Assembly: GCA_002633005.1 (NCBI GenBank)
Contig: NMRA01000044.1
Location: forward strand, 1,241,904-1,305,903
Length of the DNA: 64,000 nt
Reading direction: 5' to 3'
Source of the DNA: Phoronis australis
Taxonomy: Eukaryota; Animalia; Phoronida
Below are positions 53,505-64,000 of the stretch, one piece after another. Each line of letters starts with the position of its first letter. The first letter of the stretch is position 1. A program made the translations under genes and the position numbers. A model generated the notes under the pieces. That model was not told the origin of the DNA. It did no database searches and worked only from the letters and a program-made list of their open reading frames with translations.

Positions 53505-54483
53505 GGCCTATCAAACTGATGCACAAATCTTGCATTTTTTCTCTGGTTTGAAAAGTAAGTTATGTATTGCTGGGCACCTTGGCTATACTTATTTTAATTT
53601 AATACCCTTTTACTGCCAAGTTTCTTTGCCTGCATTTCTCTGTGCAGATAAAAAAATTTATGTTTAAGGCTTCAAGACAGACTAAAATCTTCCAGGGTCA
53701 AAAAGGAAACCATAGGTTGGCATAAATAGGTCATTTATCAGCGGTACTAAAAAGTAAATAGTGCTAAAATAATAAAATATATAAGGCTCAGTCAAACCAC
53801 GGGTAATCCCTTACCTCATAGAGGCCAGGCTGTGCTTTAAACTCAATTGGGTGGAGACTGAACTTAACAATGGACCCAGTTCCGATATCAAAAAATTTTG
53901 CGTACTGTGTTTTTGACATCTGCCTCTCTCTTCCAAACCACTCAAAGGATGATTATGAAAACTGATGGTTGTGTTCCTTATTTAAACACCATGACTATTG
54001 CTGATTTTCGGATGTTTTTGACTATTCTGGCATCCATTAGGGGCAATTTTACTTTTTTGTGTCTACGGCTATATCTCCTTAACCCTTTTAGGATCTTCTG
54101 AAAAAATTGGCACATGGGCTTCTATAGAGATGGCAATTAAAAGATGACAATGATTTTCAGACCAATGACACAATAGCCGTGCCCCTTAGTGTCAATTTTT
54201 TTACATTTGCTTCATATCTTAAGAGTTAGTTGGCTTACTTTCATGGAATTTAGCAAATAGCTGTGTTTTAAAGAGATGACTCAACTTATTGATGGCGTTT
54301 GGCTCATGTTCTACCATATCCAATGCCCATTTCATACCAAAAACAACTGACACAGAATACATTCATTGATTTTTCGTGTGATATTTGCACAGCATAGTAC
54401 AATGCAAAGGAAGCACAGGCAAAATGACAAATACAATTCAAACGACCATGAATTGCACACTAGACAGCACATTAGATACTCAC

Positions 54484-54595
54484 CTCTTCTAATATGACCT
54501 GTGTCTTGGAGTGCTCTCCCCCTGTTAAGATATCCAGCATGTTGTCTACCATCTTGATCGCGTAGTCACTTGCGTCTGCCACGAACGATTGTAAG
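54484..54595 (-). CDS. Internal exon of a minus-strand gene (probably the same gene as the USP exon)
   Basis: ttttcacag|C LQSFVADASDYAIKMVDNMLDILTGGEHSKTQVILEE|gtgagt. 112 nt, phase 2/0, only one open frame. Confidence 0.7.
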
Positions 54596-54706
54596 CTGTG
54601 AAAACAATGGCAAGAGTGCAGAAACGTCACAGAATTTAAGTATTCATAGGTATCCTATCATAACGCAGATATTATAGAGAAGATCTCTCTCCCTTAGGAT
54701 ACATAC

Positions 54707-54936
54707 AGAGTATCATGATGTAACAGATACAAAGGACAACCTTGTTCCAACAGGTGTTGCCTACAGGCTGTCAACACAGCACTGAAAAACGTGTAAAATA
54801 TTGAAACGATACTCGGGTCCTTAGTGTGAAAGTTGTAGAAATACTCGCTCTTCAACACATGTTCCTCTTCAACACCATTCCATACCATCAAATTCATATA
54901 AAACAGTTCTTGCATGGCCAACATAACAATGTAAGT
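54707..54936 (-). CDS. Internal exon of minus-strand gene; helical segment, possibly Mab-21/cGAS-like C-terminal lobe
   Basis: gttaacag|TYIVMLAMQELFY...SIVSIFYTFFSAVLTACRQHLLEQGCPLYLLHHDT CT|gtatgt. Phase 0/2, joins 54595 in frame. Confidence 0.55.
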
Positions 54937-54992
54937 CTGTTAACATGAAGCCTATTATTTGAACTGCACACGACGTTACCAGTTGTGAAGAG

Positions 54993-56324
54993 CAGTGTTC
55001 TCCACAACCTGTTTTGACTCTTCATTGCGTCAAGTTTGAATTTTGGTGTGATGAGTTCGGCTCACTTGTGTCGAGTTTAAAAACCTACGCAACGAGTCTG
55101 AAGTATTGAGGGATTAGTAATTTCTTAAACAAATTACAGTGAAAATACCCAAATTTAGGACAGTGAAAAAGTAAATATTTTGAACCGGTCCTAAATATTC
55201 GAAAGACGGCAAAATTGACGGTGTCCCAAATCTTAAAATTTATGCGGTTGGGTGCCGACGTTTTAATTTGCGGTTTTAGACCGTTTGAACAGCCTCGTGG
55301 ATTTGTGATCGTTTTTGCTGACGAGAAATTCCTACAATATCCTCAAAGCATAAACAGCGATGTTACTGACTCTAAACATAATCGACTTACCAAACTTTTT
55401 GATAGGAAACATATATTGTGTAATACGACTTGACTGATTATTCCCAATATCCATTAGTGCTCAATGTATTCACATTAAACTGTCCGCAAAACAAACACAG
55501 ACGACACAACTGCAGTTTGTGTAGCCCTGATTTGTTTCTGGGTCAGCTCACGTGACATACTTATGAGTCACTTGTCACTCAAACAGACCTTAGCGAAACA
55601 GCGTTCCAGCCAACGAGATACATGTAACTAAGGTCCCCACAGTCTTAGCTGGATTATGTTTCCAGGTGTTTATTTGACAATTATAGAACTGTTGCGTTAT
55701 CCGACTGGGGTATATTCATTCAATAAAAGTTTGGAATTGTTATTCCGAAACACAGCGCAATTTAACCGAGGTACAGTCTACGTAGTTGTTATCACAAAAC
55801 ACCACCACGCGCAAGTCACTGTTCACGGAGCTGGGTTCACGTAGCTGGCTACAAGTGCGTTAGCTTCTTCGACGCTAATTATGCTTTAATATAAAAGCGG
55901 TTTGTCCCTATAATCTCTGCCCGTGCATTCCCGGTACTGCTGTTGGAATTTTATCTGTCCTATGTTCACTCCAGCCCGATAGCAGAACCATCCGCTCTTG
56001 GATAAATTCAAATTATTTTTTAATATGCGCATATCCGGATTTAGATCGATCTCCGCTACGGGCCCAGGTTTCATTTTACAAATCACACGCCATGAGTCAA
56101 ACGACCCATGAAAGGGACCTTGTCTTTAGGAGTCCGAAATTCAGAACACTGTCCTAAATTCGGGAAATTTTACTGTGGGACATTTTGAACTTTTGGTAGC
56201 AGTTCAATCGTTTATTTCAAGACTTAATGTACAAACTCCCCACGGTATAGACATTAACTTTTGAACACGCGTACACAAGTTTTGAAATTCAAGTCGAGTT
56301 TGAATTTTGTTGCGGAGAACACTG
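54993..56324. mobile_element. Non-autonomous DNA transposon, 16-bp TIR CAGTGTTCTCC(A/G)CAAC, 5-bp direct repeat AAGAG
   Basis: aagag|cagtgttctccacaac ... gttgcggagaacactg|aagag. Subterminal (c)gagtttgaatttt repeats occur at both ends. Confidence 0.7.
55137..56175. mobile_element. Nested Tc1/pogo-like element with ~30-bp TIRs
   Basis: ta|cagtgaaaatacccaaatttaggacagtg ... cactgtcctaaattcgggaaattttactg|tg, plus an internal cctaaatattcg repeat. Confidence 0.65.
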
Positions 56325-56364
56325 AAGAGTCTGTTAACATAAAGTGTATCACTTTTCATTACAG

Positions 56365-57485
56365 ATGCAAGAGAAGCAAGAGATAATTCGTGTTATCTGT
56401 TCCTGGCCTGTATCTCTCGTCGGATCTGTAAACTGTCCATCATACTACTGGTAATTGTCCTTCTCCTGGTCGCATGTTTCTGGTGGATAGCTCACTTGGC
56501 AGATGTAAAAAAGACACCGTTCCAACGGCAAGTTAAACTGAACCAGCAACGTTACCTAGACGGACGATGGCACACCACTAACACCAAAGTGCTGTCTGTA
56601 TTTTTCCAGGGCAGGCTGGGTAACGAGCTGTTTCAATATGCAGCTGTGTTCTGTGAAGCCAGAGCGCAGAAGTTGCGGCCAGTAATCCCTACTAATCAAG
56701 AGCTCTGGGGCATCTTTAGCATATCTGCAGAGCCCGTCAGTGTTGCGAGATTAGGAATGATGACATTTAGGAGAGTCCGGGAAAAACTTTCCTGTGCATT
56801 TGACCCAGCCATAAATAAGTTGGACATGCGACACAATGTCCAATTGTACGGATATTACCAATCGTGGAAATACTGCCATGATCATGCACATGAATTAAGA
56901 CGAGAATTTCAGTTTGCCAATTATCTGGTGGAGTCGGCATTAACATTCCTCATAAAAAAGTTGAATGAGCGAAATGTAACGACAAGTTCTTCAAAACTTG
57001 TAGCAGCCATCTCACAAGTCAGCATCAGCTCAGGTAAAAAGCTTGTCATTCCAGGCAGCAAGAAGTCTGTGACTCTGGTAGGTATTCATGTGCGCCAGGG
57101 GGACATGGTTCACGACCCTCAGATAGTGAATTACGGCTACGTTACGCCCAACATATCATACTACGACAGCGCCACCAACTACTTTCGCAGAAAGTACAAG
57201 AACGTGTTATTTGTCGTGTGCTCAGATGAGCCAAAGTGGGTGAAGCGTCACATGAACTACCAGGACATGGTTCTATCTGAGGGAAACAATAAGGAGATAG
57301 ATATGACAGTACTCAGTCTGTGTGACCACACCATCATCTCCATTGGCTCATTTGGATGGTGGTCGGCATGGCTTGCCAACGGCGAAGTGCTGTACTACAA
57401 AGACTGGCCCAGGGCCAATTCCACCCTGGACACTCTGGTCAACAAGACGGACTACTTTCCACCGAGCTGGATTCCAATGAGCTGA
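56365..57485 (+). CDS. Galactoside alpha-1,2-fucosyltransferase (GT11, FUT1/FUT2-like), main/terminal coding exon
   Basis: GT11 motifs GRLGNELFQYAA, LYGYYQSWKY, VGIHVRQGDM, FVVCSDEPKW and DMTVLSLCDHTIISIGSFGWWSAWLA. The frame is open upstream to the acceptor cattacag (56364) and includes a type II TM segment RRICKLSIILLVIVLLLVACFWWIAHL. The start codon must lie in an upstream exon. Confidence 0.95.
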
Positions 57486-58084
57486 CTGATGTGACAAGAT
57501 AGGGTGGAAAATTGTCTTTTAAGTTTATTGATGTTAGCATAATATAGGGTTTAGAATTCTGCCAAGGGGTTATATATGATTAATTGTACGAAGAGTAGTG
57601 GTGTTACCTTCAAAATAGAGTGGTGAAGATTTTGACTTGGTTTACGTTAGCATTAAAACTGGGTTGAGAATTTGAGAGTTGGCTGATTGTAGAATCAGTA
57701 GAAGTCAACTTATATTACTGTAAACATTCGGGTTGATGCCAGTGCACATATAAGTACCTATCCCTACTTATGATAGTGCCAAATGTTCTACTAAGCACTC
57801 ACTTAGATATGAGAATCTTTAGCCAAACACTCACTGCTCAGGCTAGCACCCACCCGTAATTTAACTTCACCAAACTGATTTTCAAAACAGCAATGCGCAC
57901 TTTCAAATGCGGAAACTGGTTTAATTTTGAGTTGTAGCGTAATTTGTGGTTGTAAGTGAGGACAACAACATAAAAAATAATAAACAATAATTGCAACTGG
58001 TCTAATAAATGTGTATTAGATGTACACAGGTTCCTCATATGGGCTTATTGCACTGGTCACCTGGAATTATTTTTATGCTTTGTC

Positions 58085-58202
58085 AAAACATAGCTAAAGA
58101 GCCAGAGACCTTACTCAAGGGTCTAGCAGTGTGCTTCAGAGAGACTCGAACCCACAACCTTGAGTAAAGGAAGTGAATACTTATCCCACTAAGACACACT
58201 GC
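58085..58202 (-). mobile_element. tRNA-derived SINE fragment
   Basis: Minus strand: A-box-like gtgtcttagtggg, B-box GGTTCGAGTC, then cacactgctagacccttgagtaagg. Related to 14915-15045. Confidence 0.55.
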
Positions 58203-60289
58203 TTCCTCTGTACAACACAGGTCACAAGATTTTTTGATTGTGAAATATGCGCTGCATTATTCACTACCATTATTACGTCATGTGGGTGGGGAACAACTCG
58301 CGCAATGTTTTTTGACAGAATTTTTTTCGATCGTTCCAAGTTACAACACTTGAAGCCTTAGATTTATTTATCTAACGTTGCATCTTCAAAGGCTTGGATG
58401 ATCATATGGCGTGTCAGTCTTAGAAAGTCCCCACCCCCAGATTTACAGGCCAGTCAATTTAAGCGCCCCGGTGTCAACCCGAATGTTAAAAACAAGTCGA
58501 GGATTCTTAAGAATTGTATGAGTTGATTGGTGTTATAGAAAAAATGTTGAACTCTAGGGATTGGTTAACATTAGTATCATTCTATCCTGATGAAAATGCT
58601 TGGAAAGTCAAGTCACTCACTATAATGTGTGTAATTAATTATTTGTATTTCAGACAGAGTTCTCTTGGAGAAAGTGCTAGTGGGTATTTTGTGTGGATTA
58701 CACATGCATTAAATGCATGTAAAATATTGAGAGGAATTGAAAAAATTCAAGAAATTTACATTCACACTAGTCACTTACTTTTAAGTTAAACTGGAGTCAA
58801 CTATTGAGGTAGGTAGGTTAAGTACAGGAATCACGGCTTGCTCCAAGAAAGCTGTCTCAAATCGTGTAATTTTGCAAATATATATCGGCTTATCAGGAAT
58901 TTACAGCCTGGTGATGGCAGGTTATCATTGTACTTGTTAACCAAAATGGGAACTAATATATAGAGGGCAATTTACACTTGTTACAAAGGGAATCTTTAAT
59001 ATTAAGGATTTCATAAACGTGAGTTACACAAGTTTGACTATTATCAAAAATGGTATTTCTATATTTATTTAGCAAACAGTGTGATGGACAAGTGAAATTT
59101 TTTGTCATATTTCTTCAAATAAATTTAGAGTGAGAAAACTTTTCTCTGACTATTACTAATGCGGTTTGAATAGTTGTGGATATCACATGGCGCACAGACA
59201 TGTGATATGATTAATGGGGCTATGCACATGGTTTATTAACAACCATAAAGCAGAACTTAAGTCTTGGTGAAGATCCACCTTGTGCTTCCAACTTGTGCCA
59301 GTTTTACCGTTACGTGTTCATTTTCAATTTCTACTGCTTAAAAGTAATTGATGGTTTTATTTTCGCCATAAAGTTCATATGGTTACATCGAAGCTCGGTT
59401 GCAATGAATGTGTTTGATAGGTCCCGGGAGGTTCAACTGCACATAATATATGTCTGCCTTTCAACAACTAGCAGACTAATGTAATTATTCTTAATTAATC
59501 TGGTCACCAACGGGTAATATATTGTTGAGACATGCAAACCTTAACGTCAACAGATTTCGCTGGAGCAATTTTGTAAACATCTTCAGTAGACTTGCCACAC
59601 TTGACTTCATTCAAACAATAATTTCTACCTCTGTATGTTCCTATGGAAATAAGTTAATGAAAAAGCTAATGCTACGATTGATTTAAGAAGAGCTTATAAA
59701 TCATGTATTGCGTGTCTGTGAACCATTGCATTGAATTTCTGATGATTAAAGTGGGTGGATTTAAAGGAGAATGCCACCCAAAAAAACAACCTATTTTGTA
59801 TCAATTTAGATTGAGTAGTTCCACTCGACAACAGCAAATTCAGTTGTTTTACCTGACGGCAGACGGAGAAGCTAAAATTAACCAATGGCGTAATCTGTTC
59901 AAACACAGTCTGTTCAGCCATTCACAACATGCTTACTGGTGTCAACTTATCGCTTGAATGCATCGTTTTACAGCAATAAATCATCAAATTTCAATGTAAA
60001 ACCTTTACAAATACATCGAGTTCTTGAACAAACATGTTTTATTTTACTGTTACGGATTTATAGGTATTTGAACGTATGGTAGCCTACAGAGTTTGGTCAA
60101 GGAGTGTGGACTCCTAGGTTCGGTTGGCCAATGAAATACAGACATGAAAGATATCTGTGTGTTGTACTTTTGGACTTCCGATTTTTTCAGTTCTAAACAC
60201 ACAAAACGCACGTTATCCCAGCCAGTTCCTCGATCGGAACCTGATCAGGCGCATTGCAGCTGCCGGGACTGGACATCATGAACATAAAC

Positions 60290-61250
60290 CAGCTGTAATA
60301 CCTGTAATACCTGTCACGGACAGGATCATTGGGGATATGCTGGTGCATTAATCCCCTCCCCAGACCATCCCCGTGACAGCAGAAGGCGCAGAACTCCAGG
60401 GCTGACGTTGCCTGTAAGCATTTGATTAGACAGCACTCGGGCACGGCCCTTCTTGTGACTCTTCGCAGCATGGCCATAAATAATACCGGCTTCGAGCAGG
60501 CGGCTGCCATCATTGAACTCAGCCAGCTGGGATGCAGTCTGCTCGTGGTTGCGTTTGCGAGCCAGCAGCTTAACGTCAGCCGAATATAAGTAGAGGGGTT
60601 GGTTGGTGGTGCATGAGCCAGCGAGGTAATCTGCACGCTCATTAATCAAGACACCGGCGTGGCCAGGTACGAAAGACCAGATCACCACATGATGAGGGTG
60701 GCGTGATCGGAAGACACCCCAGTTGGCTGGGAGGTTTCCAGATTGAACTTTCATCAACACTGCCATGGAATCGGTGGCAAAGATAATGGTGTGATTCTCC
60801 AGGTCTAGGAGTGACAGCTTGGTTAGGGCTCGTTGTATAGCCTCAAACTCCATCCGCGTACTGCTTGTGGATATATGGTGGCAGCCACTACCTTCCGCAA
60901 TGACGTTGTTAGCACAGCGTATTTGATAGCCCCATCCCGCACGATTAGTTTCACCATCGAAGGATCCATCAGTTGCTACAATGATGGCATTAATACCGCC
61001 AAGATCACGCNGTTGCTACAATGATGGCATTAATACCGCCAAGATCACGCCATTGCTGACGGCACAATGCTTGGGCTACTCCAGGAGGCCATTCCCGAGC
61101 TTCCCTGTTGAAAGCAATGATGACATTCGGTTCCTCACCAAGTTCTTGTAGTGGCAGCCAAGCAGCAACTTGCGCGATCATGTGTTTGCCGATGAGACCC
61201 ATGGTTGCGTTAACAGCAGCGACAGTCCACGAGCATCTGCTAACCAGCTT
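60290..61250 (-). mobile_element. 5'-truncated I-group (Ingi-like) non-LTR retrotransposon with RNase H domain
   Basis: Minus strand reads IIVATDGSFDGETNRAGWG...TSSTRMEFEAIQRAL...IIFATDSMAVL...WSFVPGHAGVLINERADYLAG, giving the RNase H D-E-D-H-D motifs. Short acaggtatt repeats lie at the 3' end. Confidence 0.85.
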
Positions 61251-61419
61251 AAGTTGGAAACTAAACCTCCAATCACGAAAAGACTATACTAGCGACCCAA
61301 AGCAATAATGTGCACATAATTATTTTGGTGAATTAGCCACGAAACTGCAAATCTACTTACTTGTCGAGGGCCGCGAAGTCAAGTTGCCGTTTTACAAAGC
61401 CGTCAGGGCAAATTTGTAA

Positions 61420-62180
61420 GGTACAGATGTAAATAATGTATTTTTTGTATATCTAAATAAAGATTCCCCTAACATGTGACCATAGCATAAAAATCGAGTT
61501 ATTATTTCACAACAGCTTTCAGTCAGCAAACACCAAATTAGCATGCGCTCACACGGCCTCGGTGCCTGATCAATTACCTTATTGCATCTGAAGCCGACAA
61601 CGCACTGGTTTATTTACAGCTGGCTGCTCAAACATTTGCACTCACGAATACTCCAAAGGCATTACAAATTGTATCTAATGAGACAGACTTCATTTCATAT
61701 TTATATAAGCATTGGTTAGGGTGACAATAATTCATTTTGAAACAGAACAGAGAATAATAAATGTCAATATGGCAACTCGCAATCCCAACTTAGATGAGAG
61801 CTCATCTGATGAAGACTTCGCAGGTAAATCGTTAAGTTTCACAAGCTATCAGTTCGAACCGGAATACAGTGATCAAGAAATACTAGAGAAGCACCGTGAA
61901 CATGCACAGGCAACAGGATGTAAGGATAGTTCTTTGGTAAGCTGGCATTCGTTGGACTCACTGTCGACGATTGCCGGCCACAGACACGGAGATGTTTCAC
62001 GGCCTCATACTTGCTATTAACAGCATACTTTTCATTCTTCACTACAGCAAGCCACTTCTTAAGCATTTATTTTGGACTCTCGAGGAAGTCGAAAAAACTA
62101 CGGTAAAGTCGCGTGATTTTCGGACGGCCCGCCATTTTCGACCAAGAATAAATATTTACGAGATGAGTTTTTCATAGTCC
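61420..62180. mobile_element. THAP-bearing DNA transposon remnant (Kolobok-like)
   Basis: Minus strand: FFRLPRESK/KKWLAVVKNEKY...HLRVCG (THAP signature, frameshifted, ~61970-62100). Plus strand: MATRNPNLDESSSDEDF...SYQFEPEYSDQEI from 61769. Boundaries are approximate. Confidence 0.55.
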
Positions 62181-62898
62181 ACGAAATTCGTACAAGGTCC
62201 AAAAACTGTTTTTCAAAGATCCTCGAATTTCGGACATTGTCATAAACATCAGAATTTTGTCCCGCGACTTTCTTACAAGGAAAATTTTAGATACGGTAAT
62301 TTGGGATCGACGCAACTCCCGTGTCACTAAAGCGTTCAACGGATGATTACTACTGTATAACGCTCGAGTCCGAGAATCCGTATAACGGGTTTGTAATTTT
62401 TACCTTGTCTTGACGATGTCACGACCGTTACTCGATTGTCTTGCGGTTAGCTTGTGTTTGGCGCTTTAGCTATGAAAAGAATCACCGAGTTCCGCCTAAC
62501 GAAAATTTCTGATGAAAATACAAATAGGAAATACACCGATGGCTGCAACTTTTCGTTGTAGCGTAACATGTGCTCTGGTTTAAATAGGCCGTGCTGTTCG
62601 ACTCCCGACTGTGACATTGAACATGCACGCCTGACATCAACTTGCGTGTTTACGAAACGTTTTTATTTTAAAACGTCATGGCCTTTGCAAATGCCCAACT
62701 ATCGCCGGACAATAAGTTTTGCTGCCACTTACCTGCATCCCGGCGAATGATTGAAATCTTCGTGCAGCCATTCTGGGCTTGCTTAATAATTTTGAATGGG
62801 ACAGTTAGCAAGAAATGAGCCACCACTGACTAACATTCAGACATGCTTCTGACAAAGCAATTTTTGGGTTGAAACGAAAATTTTTCATTAAAAATCTG

Positions 62899-63217
62899 TT
62901 TGCAGTTCAAACGTCTTTCGTTTTTCAGTGTCTTCTTGGTAGTGCTCATTCGTGTAATGTGTTAAGCGGTGTAAGGCCCAACACTCAGAACGGCGCGCTG
63001 GCGCAGTGCCGCACACGCATTTGCTACAGGGGCACTGCATCCCTGCCTTAGTGTTGTNTTGCAGTTCAAACGTCTTTCGTTTTTCAGTGTCTTCTTGGTA
63101 GTGCTCATTCGTGTAATGTGTTAAGCGGTGTAAGGACCAGCACTCAGAACGGGGCGCTGGCGCAGTGCCGCACACGCATTTGCTACAGGGGCACTGCATC
63201 CCTGCCTTAGTGTTGTG
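62899..63217. repeat. ~159-bp duplication around a single n (probable scaffolding overlap of two alleles)
   Basis: ttgcagttcaaacgtc...ccctgccttagtgttgt occurs on both sides of n63058 with 3-4 substitutions. Confidence 0.85.
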
Positions 63218-63446
63218 TAAGTGCCTGTACTATAACACATATCAAAAACTAATATACACCCACCTAACCACGCTTCACTACCCTTACAAATTCTCTATCT
63301 TTGATAATCATCACAGAGATGCAAGAATCTCGCTAAAGAAGCTAGTGTGATCGTGTGCTTCGCTTGCAATACTTGACCACACCTCTCGAAGTCTTCAGAC
63401 TAGCGTGCTCGTGAGATTCTCACCCTTGCGGCCCTGGACGAAGACT

Positions 63447-63585
63447 AGGGTAGAGTTCAGTAGCTGTCTTGGGAATAGAAAAATCTAGCCAAAATCACGT
63501 TTTCAACTGAAAATACACAACATGTCACGTAATTTCATGAATTCTTGCTTGTTAGTGAAGTCCTAGCGTTACGAGCTTTACCCCT
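63447..63585. mobile_element. MITE, GGGTAGAGTTCA family
   Basis: agggtagagttcagta...aaaatctagccaaaatcacg...gtcctagcgttacgagctttacccct. Confidence 0.65.
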
Positions 63586-63756
63586 ATGTAGACCTAAAAA
63601 TATTGAATATGCGGCGACCTAATTTTGATTGATCATCCACTGGTCTGTGTACTTGTGGTCTTGTTAATTCGCACCTTGTACCGTCTGAGGTACAACACCC
63701 TGGACTCCATGGTGTCCCGAGATTAAGATGAATCCCGACAACTGAGGACACCGGGA

Positions 63757-63900
63757 CATGGGCGGCGCACCATAGGGGACTGGGGGGCTATAACCTCCCA
63801 CTTTTTTCAGTGCTACGCCATGCGTGGTCAATAGGCGATGCACCACAGAGGTCTGAGGGGGCTTTAGCCCTCCAATTTTTTCAGTGCTGCGCCGCCCAAG
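63757..63900 (-). mobile_element. Doublet of ~70-bp mini-MITEs (CATGGGCGGCGCA TIR)
   Basis: Reverse-complement relative of 24143-24268, again two copies. Confidence 0.6.
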
Positions 63901-64000
63901 CAGTACCCTGTGGCACTCGATCTCTGTCTGCGGCGACCATAAGAAAATCCTCCAATCATTTCGAAAAATGACAAGTCAGTTGAATCAGATTTGATAGTCG

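Noticed and set aside
54914-54936. + strand ATG exon with GTAAGT donor as first coding exon of the fucosyltransferase
   Set aside because: ATG GCC AAC ATA ACA AT ends in phase 2, while the FUT exon needs phase 1. The phase-1 frame has a TAA just upstream.
60972-61050. 40-bp tandem repeat within the RNase H region
   Set aside because: The copies are identical and separated by a single n, so this is a scaffolding overlap.

Overview
Eukaryotic, AT-rich, repeat-rich invertebrate-type genomic DNA from a gapped scaffold (N-runs at about 9.2, 21.5-22.5, 32.6 and 34.1-34.5 kb; single-n joins at 16606, 28771, 61011 and 63058). No prokaryotic genes, rRNA, bona fide tRNA or CRISPR arrays were seen. The first ~33 kb is apparently intergenic and full of MITEs, foldback/hairpin elements and microsatellites. 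From 36.8 to 42.5 kb (+) six GT-AG exons splice in frame into the N-terminus (~276 aa, TAN motif) of ATM kinase, and I found no further ATM exon in the remaining 21 kb. That stretch instead holds an L1/Tx1 fragment and a minus-strand multi-exon gene with a single-exon, catalytically intact USP deubiquitinase domain, preceded by exons that resemble a Mab-21/cGAS-like C-terminal lobe (inference only). It also holds a nested DNA transposon, a plus-strand GT11 alpha-1,2-fucosyltransferase exon, an RNase H-bearing LINE fragment and a THAP/Kolobok-like remnant. All homology calls are from motif recognition by eye; no searches were run.
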